Shown one piece after another: positions 53,156 to 62,219 of a stretch of 64,000 bases of DNA (within the stretch, counting starts at the first letter, position 1; the number at the start of each line of letters is the position of its first letter). The notes under the pieces are model-generated. The model was given only the letters and a program-made list of their open reading frames with translations. It was not told the origin of the DNA and did no database searches. Location of the stretch: positions 5,753-69,752 of the IMG/VR virus record IMGVR_UViG_3300041964_000087; one strand, written 5' to 3'. A program made the position numbers and the translations under genes. This stretch comes from a virus.

Positions 53156-54346
53156 TTAGCTGTTGAACTCGTTGGGCAGTGAGATGGCTTGACCGATAAT
53201 GTTTGCCAAGTCAGGCAGGTCAGTCACGAAACTCTCGGCATACTCAAAGTGATCGCAGAAGGCTTGACCAAATCGGTACGCTCCACCACCCACAACTTGG
53301 AAATGGACAATATTAGGAGAGGGGTTTGCCAGCTTAAGTATTTCCTTGAGGTATCGGTCGCTAGCAGTTGTGATCGCATTGCTCAGCGGGAATCGTCCTT
53401 TGTGGCAGACAAATACTTCATCTTCCCGGTTCACAGCTTCAATAAATGCGGGGTCTTCAGCGTTCTCTTCCCCGTAGCCACAATCAATAGCGGCGTACTT
53501 GTAGTAGAGGTTTAGCCCGTAGCCATCGTGACACTCTGATAAATCAGGGTCAAACGAAGACGCTTGCATGATTGGGTCAAAGACAAAGGTTGATTTGAGA
53601 AATGTTTGATAGCCAAAGTCAAACACATGGTGGTCAATCTCATCCCAGTCGGGGAAGTCCGAGCTAGAGAGGCGTGGAAACTTCTCGGCGTAGAAGGACT
53701 CCGGTACAACAGCGGTAGAAATCTGGACATCATGAACACCAGCGTCTGACTTCCATACCCTTTGACCATCAACTATCTGCGCCGCTTTCTCTTCCTGAGT
53801 CGCCCAATCACTGGCACCTTCAAAGGGGATGGTGAGAATTAGGTTTACCTGCCCTTGCTTTACCCCATGCAAGGTTAGAGCGCAGAGAACACGAGGCAAT
53901 AGGTTAACTGTTTTCTTCTCCCCCAGTCCACGAGAGCCACCTAGCTTCTGGGCGCGTAAAGCAGCGGTGTAGGTCTTATCCAAGTAAGTGATGCTCACCC
54001 GATTCTTGGTAGCAACCTTTGCCTGGTTCTTGGCGAGGAACTTACTCTTGCTTGCACTACCAACACTGTTTGCCGCTGGCACCTCAGCAAGTTCTGTTGG
54101 CAGCTTATCAATGATGATGGTTTGGGAATCACGCCAGTAGGCGATTTTCATAAAGCGGCGACCCATGTCGATGCAAATGTTATGCCCATCAGGAAGTGCC
54201 ACTGGCTTAGTTAGCTTGATGATTGCTCTGTCAGGGTCGCTGCTACTGAGCCTGATTTGCATGGTGCTATCAACTTGGTCAATGTTGTCGAACTCATCAG
54301 TCATCTGAACAACATTGGCAGCGGGTAATGCTTTTGTCTTAGTCAT
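53156..54346 (-). CDS. ParM/StbA-like actin-family ATPase
   Basis: IDMGRRFMK (phosphate 1), VVPES, FDFGYQT (phosphate 2), VVGGGA (adenosine). Confidence 0.8.
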   Translation of the reverse strand: MTKTKALPAANVVQMTDEFDNIDQVDSTMQIRLSSSDPDRAIIKLTKPVALPDGHNICIDMGRRFMKIAYWRDSQTIIIDKLPTELAEVPAANSVGSASKSKFLAKNQAKVATKNRVSITYLDKTYTAALRAQKLGGSRGLGEKKTVNLLPRVLCALTLHGVKQGQVNLILTIPFEGASDWATQEEKAAQIVDGQRVWKSDAGVHDVQISTAVVPESFYAEKFPRLSSSDFPDWDEIDHHVFDFGYQTFLKSTFVFDPIMQASSFDPDLSECHDGYGLNLYYKYAAIDCGYGEENAEDPAFIEAVNREDEVFVCHKGRFPLSNAITTASDRYLKEILKLANPSPNIVHFQVVGGGAYRFGQAFCDHFEYAESFVTDLPDLANIIGQAISLPNEFNS

Positions 54347-54358
54347 GGTTATCCTCGT

Positions 54359-55396
54359 TTAGTTTTCTTGCATCCACAAATCTTCTTCTTCGGGGGGTGC
54401 TTGGGAGTCCCCCTGGCTGAATGCCTCGGCGTAGGCATCTACTGCCATTGCTCTGCCTTTAGCACCTTTGCTTTTGGCTTTCTTCACAGCCTTTTGGTTC
54501 ATGTCCTCAAGCTCTTGGTCTAGATACTGAAGTGCTGCTTGCTTTGCCAGTTCAACCTTGGCGGCAAACTGACTGAGTTGAGTAGCAAGAACGCGATCGC
54601 TTTCGCCCTCAAAGTCCATCACTTCCGGTTCCTGACCCCTCAAGCTGACAAGGCGTTTGTACTCCTCAAGCCAACTCATTAGCTCTCGGTAGTCTTGCCA
54701 TTGGTCAGCTAGCTTTTCCCAATAAATAGAGGAGAGCGCATAGTCCGGGTTTTCCTCACTCAACGCAGGGTCTTTGATGGGAGATGGAACACTATCTCGG
54801 TCGATGAGTACCCAATCAACCGTGAACCGACGAGTGCAGGTGTACTGCATCAGGTTCCGGTACACGGCAACGGCATACTGAGTAAACCCGAAGTCATCCT
54901 TGAGTAGCCGCTCAGGGAAGCGAGGCTTGGTAGCACTCATTGTGGTTTTGACCCACTTGCTTACCATCCGCGATGAGAGCTTGATGATGTTCCGGCTTAG
55001 GTCTTCCTGAGTGCGGAATTGAGAGGCATCGTCAGGTACTTGGTAGTTGGTAAGATACCGCTCCTCTATTGGGCGAAATCCCCGGTTGTAGTCCTCAGAT
55101 GCGATCGCCCATTCTTCCGGTGTAAAGTCCCGTTCACCCTGGATGACTTCCCTTGGAACTCGTGGAAGGTAGTTGATGAGTTCTAGTGTTCCGACCCTGG
55201 TTTCAAAGATGTAGTCCGTGTCCGGTTCGTGTTCAGCCGTTGTCCGGATGGGTTCATCTTCTGTCTGGTCGGTGTCTTCTTCAATCGGAACGGTTTCTAC
55301 TTCAACGGGCGTTGCTTCCTCTACAGCCTGCACTGGGGTTGGGTTTTCTTCCTCATCTAACGGGTCATCAGTGTACTGAATCTGTATCTTTCTCAT
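54359..55396 (-). CDS. Hypothetical acidic protein (candidate partition adaptor)
   Basis: 345 aa directly upstream of the actin-like gene. Confidence 0.6.
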   Translation of the reverse strand: MRKIQIQYTDDPLDEEENPTPVQAVEEATPVEVETVPIEEDTDQTEDEPIRTTAEHEPDTDYIFETRVGTLELINYLPRVPREVIQGERDFTPEEWAIASEDYNRGFRPIEERYLTNYQVPDDASQFRTQEDLSRNIIKLSSRMVSKWVKTTMSATKPRFPERLLKDDFGFTQYAVAVYRNLMQYTCTRRFTVDWVLIDRDSVPSPIKDPALSEENPDYALSSIYWEKLADQWQDYRELMSWLEEYKRLVSLRGQEPEVMDFEGESDRVLATQLSQFAAKVELAKQAALQYLDQELEDMNQKAVKKAKSKGAKGRAMAVDAYAEAFSQGDSQAPPEEEDLWMQEN

Positions 55397-55468
55397 GTTC
55401 AGTCGTTGTCCTTGACTGGTTCAGAACTAGTCCGGTTCGTGTCCGGCTCCTCACACAACACACTCCGC

Positions 55469-55822
55469 TTACCCCATAGAACCAAGAGAGGCTTCATACC
55501 CCACCTCGGTTAATCGTTGTAGAACTGCATCGGTTTGAGACTCTTTGACCTGCAACATCACTCCTGAAACAGGAGTGCGATCAGAGTCGCTATCCCCCAC
55601 ATACCGAGTGCAATGCACAGCGTCAACTTTGGATACTGTCTCAATGTCCTGGACGTAGCTGGCATCTGCTTTTACCCAGATAGTGGCTGTCCAATCAGCG
55701 GGACAATCTTGAACTTGTGGAACTGGCTTGGGGATTGGTGTTACTGCCTTGGGTGGCGTCGCTCTCAAGGGAGAACATCCAGCGGCAAGAGCGAGGCATC
55801 CGAGGACTAGGAGTTTTCGCAT
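55469..55822 (-). CDS. Lipoprotein
   Basis: MRKLLVLGCLALAAGC lipobox. Confidence 0.7.
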   Translation of the reverse strand: MRKLLVLGCLALAAGCSPLRATPPKAVTPIPKPVPQVQDCPADWTATIWVKADASYVQDIETVSKVDAVHCTRYVGDSDSDRTPVSGVMLQVKESQTDAVLQRLTEVGYEASLGSMG

Positions 55823-56043
55823 AATCCCAGTACCTTCTTGATGGTGTCCTGCTCTGAGTTGTGCTGGATTCTGATGGTGCCATCAGTAATCATCCAAGCC
55901 TCAACTTGACGGCTACAGGCAATACCCAAAAGCGTCTTTATGTTGCTAACAACCTGATTGATATCAAGTTCGTTTAGTAGCCTTTCACTGGGTCGCACAA
56001 TTATTAGTTGGCTGTTATCCTCAACCAACGCAAGATTTGACAT
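55807..56043 (-). CDS. Hypothetical protein
   Basis: First gene of leftward operon. Confidence 0.5.
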   Translation of the reverse strand: MSNLALVEDNSQLIIVRPSERLLNELDINQVVSNIKTLLGIACSRQVEAWMITDGTIRIQHNSEQDTIKKVLGLCENS

Positions 56044-56267
56044 AGTAAAACTACCCTTTTTAGGGTGTGAAATTGGGCTGAAAATTCAGTAATGAAATTC
56101 ACCTGCAAAGCGCTGTAATGCCTGCTGGATGAAGGTTTTGAATTCGACTAAGCTTAATGTAGTTCCTAGGCGCGTAGATTGTCAACTCGACCCATGCTAT
56201 CTTTTAGAGGAAGCTCAGGGACGCACATCATGAAAGAGTTAAATAAATACAGGAGTGGCAGAATGCA

Positions 56268-56729
56268 ATGGGAAAAGGAAAGGGGGAATCGAACAAACCC
56301 GATGCGCGTCGAACAGTGTGGGGGAAGAAAGGTAAAAACTTAAACATCACGCTTACAGAAGAAGGATGGAGGTTAGCCAAGGAAAGGGCAACTCACCTCG
56401 GCATCTCAGTCTCAGAAGTAGTGGAGAGATGGGGGAGGGGGTACGATACAAACTTTAATGAAGCCGTACCAATTCCACCTAGTCTAGATTCAAGAGCCAG
56501 TGTCGTCAGCTCAATGTCAGCTCTGGAACTATACCAAGCTCTTGGTGAGAAGATGACGGCACAGGAAATTAAAAGCAAGTTTGTTGATGACTTGCTAGAA
56601 GGCAACCTCACAGAAGCTGATGTAGTAGAAATTACAGGCTTGCTGGACATGGAAGATACCTCAGTCCAACGAGCAATTCAAATTGTTAAGTCAACTAAGA
56701 AAGGGGATAAGAAACCTAATGGTGTTTAA
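56268..56729 (+). CDS. Ribbon-helix-helix (CopG-like) regulator
   Basis: NLNITLTEEGW..A..LGISVSEVVERWGR. Confidence 0.7.
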   Translation: MGKGKGESNKPDARRTVWGKKGKNLNITLTEEGWRLAKERATHLGISVSEVVERWGRGYDTNFNEAVPIPPSLDSRASVVSSMSALELYQALGEKMTAQEIKSKFVDDLLEGNLTEADVVEITGLLDMEDTSVQRAIQIVKSTKKGDKKPNGV

Positions 56730-57465
56730 AAACGAAACTGATTCAGTAGACGTAGGACTTTTACAACTTGCTTGGAAGTGGAAAGGAAATCGTTTGATAC
56801 TAGAGGGGATGCCGCAGGATAAAGCCCAAGAGCTAATTAAAAGACCTGGGGTACTAGAGCGTATCAAACTCCTTGTTAGGCAAGCAGGAGCAGAGATGGC
56901 TCAGATTATCCCCCCAGGTCAAAAGAATGGTTTTAGGATTTTTGCTGCGGCTCTAGAACATACCAGTGAAAAGACAATGACAAATCAAGTTCCATTATCT
57001 AACACGCGACCACCAGATGAATTTGTTTGGTTTGGTGGAATGATTACACCAGACCTTCAGCCACACATCGAAGGGATTATTGCAAGAATGCGAGAAAGCG
57101 ATAAGCCAACTGGAGTGGTACAGCCGACCATCAACAATGATGGGGTTATCAAAACTATCCAGTGGGGAATCAATAAAGCTTCTGTCAGCTTGTTTAATTT
57201 TGATGCTCTCTCACTGGAAGACATGAAGGCAGCAATCCAGCGCGACACTTCCGGTGATTGGTTCCCTGATGACCTGGAAGAAAAGCGACGGCTCTATGAG
57301 CAAGCTGGTAGCAATTTTGAGCAAGTTGCCCGCATTCGCACCAAGAGTGGATGGATGCTGGTTAGGTTTCAGACTCAACGACTTGATGTCGGGAATCTAT
57401 TCATCAGCCAAGGGCAGCAAGAGAGTGAAGTGGTTCAGCGTCCTGACCTGTTGCTAGCTGTCTAA
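56719..57465 (+). CDS. Protein with PAS-like C-terminal region
   Basis: GINKASVSLF..WFPDDLE..RIRTKSGW pattern. Confidence 0.5.
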   Translation: MVFKNETDSVDVGLLQLAWKWKGNRLILEGMPQDKAQELIKRPGVLERIKLLVRQAGAEMAQIIPPGQKNGFRIFAAALEHTSEKTMTNQVPLSNTRPPDEFVWFGGMITPDLQPHIEGIIARMRESDKPTGVVQPTINNDGVIKTIQWGINKASVSLFNFDALSLEDMKAAIQRDTSGDWFPDDLEEKRRLYEQAGSNFEQVARIRTKSGWMLVRFQTQRLDVGNLFISQGQQESEVVQRPDLLLAV

Positions 57466-57530
57466 AACCGAAATATTTTCGGATAAGAAAAGCGATCGCA
57501 CTCATGAATGCGATCGCACCCTCAACAATA

Positions 57531-57567
57531 AAAATCCCCTTCAACACTCGCAGTTGAGGGGGATTTT
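57531..57567. terminator. Bidirectional intrinsic terminator
   Basis: AAAATCCCCTTCAAC..GTTGAGGGGGATTTT between convergent operons. Confidence 0.7.
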
Positions 57568-57693
57568 AATAACGGTCTACTTACTTTTGCTGACTTCAGT
57601 CTAATCGAAATACGAAAAACTCTGCGGTTTTAGATGTCGCTAAAATGAATGTAGATGCACCCTTGACCCTGCTTTCCTGTTTTTTGCAGGGTT

Positions 57694-57936
57694 TTACTTT
57701 GGCGCCTCCGCTAAATTACTCTGCCACACTTGCAAAGTTCGATTCCACCGCTCTGCATCAGTTTTCCTTGTTGATTGCTGCTTAATTGGTACTGGCTTAA
57801 TCTCCTCAATACCCCGACCAATCATCCCGCACTCACAGACGAACCATTGACTTAGATTGGTGGAATTGTAGGTGTGGAGGAATTGGGTATCGGTGGGGAT
57901 TGTGTAGAGCGATCGCCAATCATGTTGGTGGATCAT
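57694..57936 (-). CDS. Small hypothetical protein
   Basis: ATGA-coupled cassette gene. Confidence 0.55.
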   Translation of the reverse strand: MIHQHDWRSLYTIPTDTQFLHTYNSTNLSQWFVCECGMIGRGIEEIKPVPIKQQSTRKTDAERWNRTLQVWQSNLAEAPK

Positions 57937-58370
57937 GTGCGATCGCTCTCCTCTACTAGAAAAAACTTGTCACCCCTGCGAATTAACCAATCAACCTTGC
58001 TGGCAATAATGCAGTTCTTTCCACGCACAACACCAATCCGCTCGTTATAGTTGGGTAGGACTTCCGAGGCTTCTTCCTCAATGTCTTGCTCGGAGAACAG
58101 CAATCCTTCACCCCAGAGGAAGTCATATATCTCACCGTGGCAGCAAAGCACATCCTCGCTATCAGCATATTTTGCTTTGATAAAATCTCTGACTTTTACG
58201 CAATTTAGGCAAGTGTAGATGGTCTGAAATGAGCCATCCCAGAGTGCATCAACTTTCTCGGCTCGGACACCAAACTCTATTTTGTATCCGCATTCAACAC
58301 ACCTATGAAGCTTGCGTACTGCAACTTGTTTTACTTTGTAAAGTGCTGGATATTCACAATCACAGGTCAT
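57933..58370 (-). CDS. Zn-finger phage protein
   Basis: HRCVECG..WDG..TCLNC. Confidence 0.7.
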   Translation of the reverse strand: MTCDCEYPALYKVKQVAVRKLHRCVECGYKIEFGVRAEKVDALWDGSFQTIYTCLNCVKVRDFIKAKYADSEDVLCCHGEIYDFLWGEGLLFSEQDIEEEASEVLPNYNERIGVVRGKNCIIASKVDWLIRRGDKFFLVEESDRT

Positions 58371-58570
58371 GTGCGATCGCTCTCCTGTTCTTTTGCTGAC
58401 TGAATTGATAGATAGTACGAAATCATCTCTTCAAACTTCTCTGGAGTCAGGATGATTGAGCTTGACTGCTTTTTACCTGAACTCCACTCAATCACTTGAA
58501 GCATCACGACATACTCTTTGCCACTGTGTTTTTCAAGTTTTAGGTTTGTACTGGTCGTCGCGCTACTCAT
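58367..58570 (-). CDS. Small hypothetical protein
   Basis: ATGA-coupled cassette gene. Confidence 0.55.
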   Translation of the reverse strand: MSSATTSTNLKLEKHSGKEYVVMLQVIEWSSGKKQSSSIILTPEKFEEMISYYLSIQSAKEQESDRT

Positions 58571-58781
58571 TGCGATCGCTCCCTATTACTGAGTCAACTT
58601 GGTCGATTAACTGCTGCACCCGCTCTAGATTCTGGTTTGCGGCTATTTTCATTCCTACGTTTTGGATGATGGCATGGGAGTCATAATCCACACCCTCTGC
58701 ATCAGCCACGGCAAAGATTGCAGAAGATTTAGACTTAGGTTTATTCGTTGGCTCGATCTCAATTATCCAGCTAGCAAACAA
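58563..58781 (-). CDS. Hypothetical protein, 5' part probably lost in anomalous tract
   Basis: ORF runs into the C-free region. Confidence 0.45.
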   Translation of the reverse strand: MFASWIIEIEPTNKPKSKSSAIFAVADAEGVDYDSHAIIQNVGMKIAANQNLERVQQLIDQVDSVIGSDRNE

Positions 58782-59363
58782 TAAAGGAAAGGGGGGTTGT
58801 TTGGGGGGAAATGGGGAAATTTTTATATAGTAATTAAAAAGGGGGGGGGGGGGGGGGGGGGGGTTATATATATTTTTATGGGGTTTTTATATAGATTTTG
58901 TGTTTTGTTTTTGGGGTTGGGGTGGTTTTTTTATGGGGGTGGGTTTGTTTTTTTTTTGGGTGGTTGTGGAAAGATGTTGATATGGAGGTTGAAAAGTATG
59001 AAGAGTTGGGTGGAATATTAGGTTGTTGGGGAATGGTGATTATATTGTAGAAATTTGTTTTAATTGAGGGAGGAAGGGGGAGGTTTGTTTAAAAATAGGG
59101 GAGGTTTTATGGGGAAATGAGGTAATTAAAAGGTTTAGAAGGGAAGGGGGTATGGATTTGTTTAATGATAGGAGTTATTTGATGGTAATAGGGTTTGATT
59201 GTGAAGGTGTTGGGTAGAAATGGTTTGATGGGGGGGAATTTGAGGGTGTAGAATTGAAAAGAATAGTAAAGTAAAAAGATAGAGGTTTTTGAGAGGGGAT
59301 GGTAAGTTGATAGAGGTTTGAATTTATATGTGTGTGGAAGAGATGGTGGAAGAGTAGAATGGA
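58780..59363. other. 584-bp tract with no cytosine on + strand, including G23 run (probable sequencing/assembly artefact)
   Basis: Last C at 58779, next C at 59364. Confidence 0.85.
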
Positions 59364-59365
59364 CA

Positions 59366-59512
59366 TTTAACCTTTGCAAATTAGCTCAAATTTTTCGGTG
59401 GATTGTCGTCTTTACCAAAGAAATATGCCGGATCCCTAAACATTGGCCTACCCCAGTAAGGCGTTTTCCCTTGTTCTTCTAACACTTCTTTGAGTCTGTT
59501 TTTCACTGCCAT
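59366..59512 (-). pseudogene. Cro/C1-type HTH gene, apparently corrupted next to the anomalous tract
   Basis: MAVKNRLKEVLEEQGKTPYW...ELICK frames an XRE-like HTH but the middle is atypical and it stops early. Confidence 0.5.
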
Positions 59513-59543
59513 AAAAGCAATACTACAATTAATATGGTATTAC

Positions 59544-59587
59544 CAATATCTTGATATTGTCAAATAATTGACAATATCAAGATATTG
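59544..59587. promoter_or_regulatory. Back-to-back promoters inside a perfect 20-4-20 inverted repeat with two CAATATC-NN-GATATTG operators
   Basis: CAATATCTTGATATTGTCAA-ATAA-TTGACAATATCAAGATATTG; TTGACA on both strands. Confidence 0.7.
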
Positions 59588-59686
59588 AACTAACTTAGTT
59601 ATAGACAAAACAAAACCCCGCTCTCTGCCTGAACTGCGAAATCTGCCAGAGAAACGGGGCGCCCAGTAGTACTGAGTAACCCAATC

Positions 59687-60286
59687 ATGACACAAGCTGA
59701 AATCACCTACACTCCAAAGTGCGCCAACTGCCCCTTCGCTGTTCTACTAGAAGGCGATCGCTACGAATGCACCGCTGTCCACAACCACCACAGCTCGGTG
59801 GTTCGCGGTCACTGGCAAGCGACGCCCATTTGCGAAGAAGCGATTGAGCGGCTGTACGAAGCGACGGGAGAAACAGCCCAAGCTGAATTCAACCAGTACA
59901 TCGAAACCCAAGCCGACGCCATCGCTCCTGAATCAGATGAGCGTGGAACAGGACGCCGCCAACCCCAAACAGTAACGCTCACAAGTAAGGAGCAAATTAA
60001 AATCCGCTCAATCATGCCGCAGTACCTGACTGAGTGGGTTGTGATTGGCTCTCGCGGGAACGCTTACCAACTGAGTTGGGACACGCGCACCAAAAAGCCG
60101 GATTGCAGTTGTCGCGCTGGTCAGTTCAACCGCAAGTGCTACCACGGTGATGCCGTTCTAAATGAGTGGAAGCGACTGGAAGATGACCGAAGACAGCAAG
60201 AAAACCAAGTTCTTTTGGACAGATTGCAGCGAAGTGTATTCGACCAAAGCTTCCAGAACCGGAACAAGCGGTTAGGCGCCTACTAG
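59687..60286 (+). CDS. SWIM zinc-finger protein
   Basis: GSRGNAY..DCSC..F..CYH; N-terminal CxxC. Confidence 0.75.
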   Translation: MTQAEITYTPKCANCPFAVLLEGDRYECTAVHNHHSSVVRGHWQATPICEEAIERLYEATGETAQAEFNQYIETQADAIAPESDERGTGRRQPQTVTLTSKEQIKIRSIMPQYLTEWVVIGSRGNAYQLSWDTRTKKPDCSCRAGQFNRKCYHGDAVLNEWKRLEDDRRQQENQVLLDRLQRSVFDQSFQNRNKRLGAY

Positions 60287-60292
60287 AAAAGA

Positions 60293-60318
60293 GCGGCGGA
60301 GTCCTTGAACTCCGCCGT
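60293..60318 (+). terminator. Hairpin after SWIM gene
   Basis: GCGGCGGAGT-CCTTGA-ACTCCGCCGT. Confidence 0.55.
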
Positions 60319-60369
60319 TGCCGTTTCTTCTCTCCATCGGAAACGACCATCCATTCATCTGTATCCAAA

Positions 60370-60792
60370 ATGCTAACTCACGACAAAGTTTATTACTCTC
60401 AGGTAGCCGAAGAAGTACTGCGCTCCAATAATCATTCTCAGCTTCTTTCACGCATTGGTTCTGAGCAATTCCTCTACCACGTCTCCACAGTTTTCTATGC
60501 TCCCGGCGCCTTGCTAGGACTGGATGTTGAGATTGAAGTTGGCAAGACTGCGCCAGTTTTACAAGCGGCAATGCGATCGCTCAACATCACCCAATTAATT
60601 GGCTTCACCCCCCAATTTCCTATCAGCAATCCTCACGCAACAGTCCAAGAAAATCAGCGATTAGTGAGGCAGGCAAGCGAGAAGTTAAAGGCGAAAAACA
60701 TTCGCCACATAGCAGCATTTGGGAGAGCGCTAGATTTCCCCAGTGGTGGGGATGGCTGCTTCATCTTGGTTGATGTAGAAATTGACCAATGA
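60370..60792 (+). CDS. Hypothetical protein
   Basis: 140-aa ORF. Confidence 0.55.
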   Translation: MLTHDKVYYSQVAEEVLRSNNHSQLLSRIGSEQFLYHVSTVFYAPGALLGLDVEIEVGKTAPVLQAAMRSLNITQLIGFTPQFPISNPHATVQENQRLVRQASEKLKAKNIRHIAAFGRALDFPSGGDGCFILVDVEIDQ

Positions 60793-60882
60793 AAGATGTC
60801 TTGAGCGATCAACTTAGTTGCTTGTGCTTAAAAAGTGAAGGCATCGGCACCCTTGTTAGCTTAGTCGATGTGGGGTGCGGTA

Positions 60883-61026
60883 ATGGATATTAGAAAAGTG
60901 ATTGAAGTTCGTAGCGCTCAGGTAAAAGAAGCCTGCGATCGCGTCCAAAGTCAAATTGAAAAAGGCAAAGAAATTGCTCAAAAAGCTGAGGAATCAGTGA
61001 AAGAATCGAAGCAAAAACTCAAGTAA
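60883..61026 (+). CDS. Small coiled-coil protein (47 aa, absent from ORF track)
   Basis: MDIRKVIEVRSAQVKEACDRVQSQIEKGKEIAQKAEESVKESKQKLK. Confidence 0.45.
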   Translation: MDIRKVIEVRSAQVKEACDRVQSQIEKGKEIAQKAEESVKESKQKLK

Positions 61027-61073
61027 ACATCAAATACGAAAAACTCTGCGGATTTACTCACTCCAATTAACCC

Positions 61074-61802
61074 ATGATGCAATTTAATCCCACACCCCAA
61101 CTCAATGAAGCGCTGTCCAAAGCAAAATTAGCTTTTGAACCGATTATTGCGGACGAAACCGCTGCTTTTAACACCAAGAACGGTGGACGCATTGAATTTG
61201 ACTATGCCGACCTAGGAGACATTATCCCAGCGGTGACCAAAGCGCTGTCTGAGAATGGACTGGCGATCGCGTCTCAACCTCTGCCAATAGGCGACAAAAT
61301 GTACTTGGTGACTCGGTTGCTGCATTCATCGGGTGAGTCGCTGGAGGCTTATTACCCCTTGCCTGACCCAGGACTTGACCCCAAGGGGTTTGGTTCTCAG
61401 CTAACGTTTGGGCGCAGATACAACCAGCTTTGCTTGTTGGATATCAACACGGTCACTGATGAGGAGAGTAAGAAAAAGAAGCGTGATAAAGCGAGAAACG
61501 AAATGCGGCGAGAACTGCATGGACAGCAACCCGTTAAACCAGAAAACGCCAATATAGTGGAAGCGATGAATGGGGGAATTCAGTCGGGAGCGAGAGTGAT
61601 TAGCGAAGCTCAGCGGAAACGGTTGTGGGCGATCGCTAAAAATAACGGTTATTCGGACGACGGCGTCAAAGCTCTCATCCATCCCTATGGGTACAGCAGT
61701 TCGACCGAGATAAAGACCTCTGACTACGACGCTATCTGTGCCAAAGCTGGAGACAAGAACATGGCGCCGATGTACAACTCCAAGGCGACAGCCGACGTTT
61801 GA
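61074..61802 (+). CDS. ERF-family single-strand annealing protein
   Basis: YADLGDI..L..NGL..TRLLHSSGESL..GSQLTFGRRY; C-terminal ISEAQRKRLWAI. Confidence 0.9.
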   Translation: MMQFNPTPQLNEALSKAKLAFEPIIADETAAFNTKNGGRIEFDYADLGDIIPAVTKALSENGLAIASQPLPIGDKMYLVTRLLHSSGESLEAYYPLPDPGLDPKGFGSQLTFGRRYNQLCLLDINTVTDEESKKKKRDKARNEMRRELHGQQPVKPENANIVEAMNGGIQSGARVISEAQRKRLWAIAKNNGYSDDGVKALIHPYGYSSSTEIKTSDYDAICAKAGDKNMAPMYNSKATADV

Positions 61803-61825
61803 GCCGCAAACGAGTTCCACTACTC

Positions 61826-61854
61826 AAACCCGCACTTTCTCAAGCGGGTTTTTC
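61826..61854 (+). terminator. Intrinsic terminator
   Basis: AAACCCGC-loop-GCGGGTTTTTC. Confidence 0.65.
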
Positions 61855-62219
61855 TTGGTTAAACCTTTTACCTTGTAAACAACACTTACCAAGCAAAAAC
61901 ATGGGCTACATCTACTTCCTATCTCAGTACTTCTGCAAATGCTTGGGTTTTAAAACGAACGCAACATTTCAGTATATTCCACAATCCAATGCTCGACTAG
62001 CTTCCATCACACTGGATAGTGTTCAGAAGCTTCTATTGACTGCAATGGTACAAACACAGGCAGGGTGGCAGGTAGGCACCAAAGAGGAAGATGCAGGAGT
62101 AAGGTATGTGATTTCTTTACCCGTCGATCATGAATCAGTCGAAATGGTTTCGCCTCTTACCTACGAGTCTAGGGAAGAAGCGATTAGAGAGGGAGAAAAA
62201 CTGATTGTAGAATCCGCGT

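Noticed and set aside
58797-59379. ORFs 58797..59021, 59107..59379 and 59175..59366
   Set aside because: By-products of the C-free low-complexity tract
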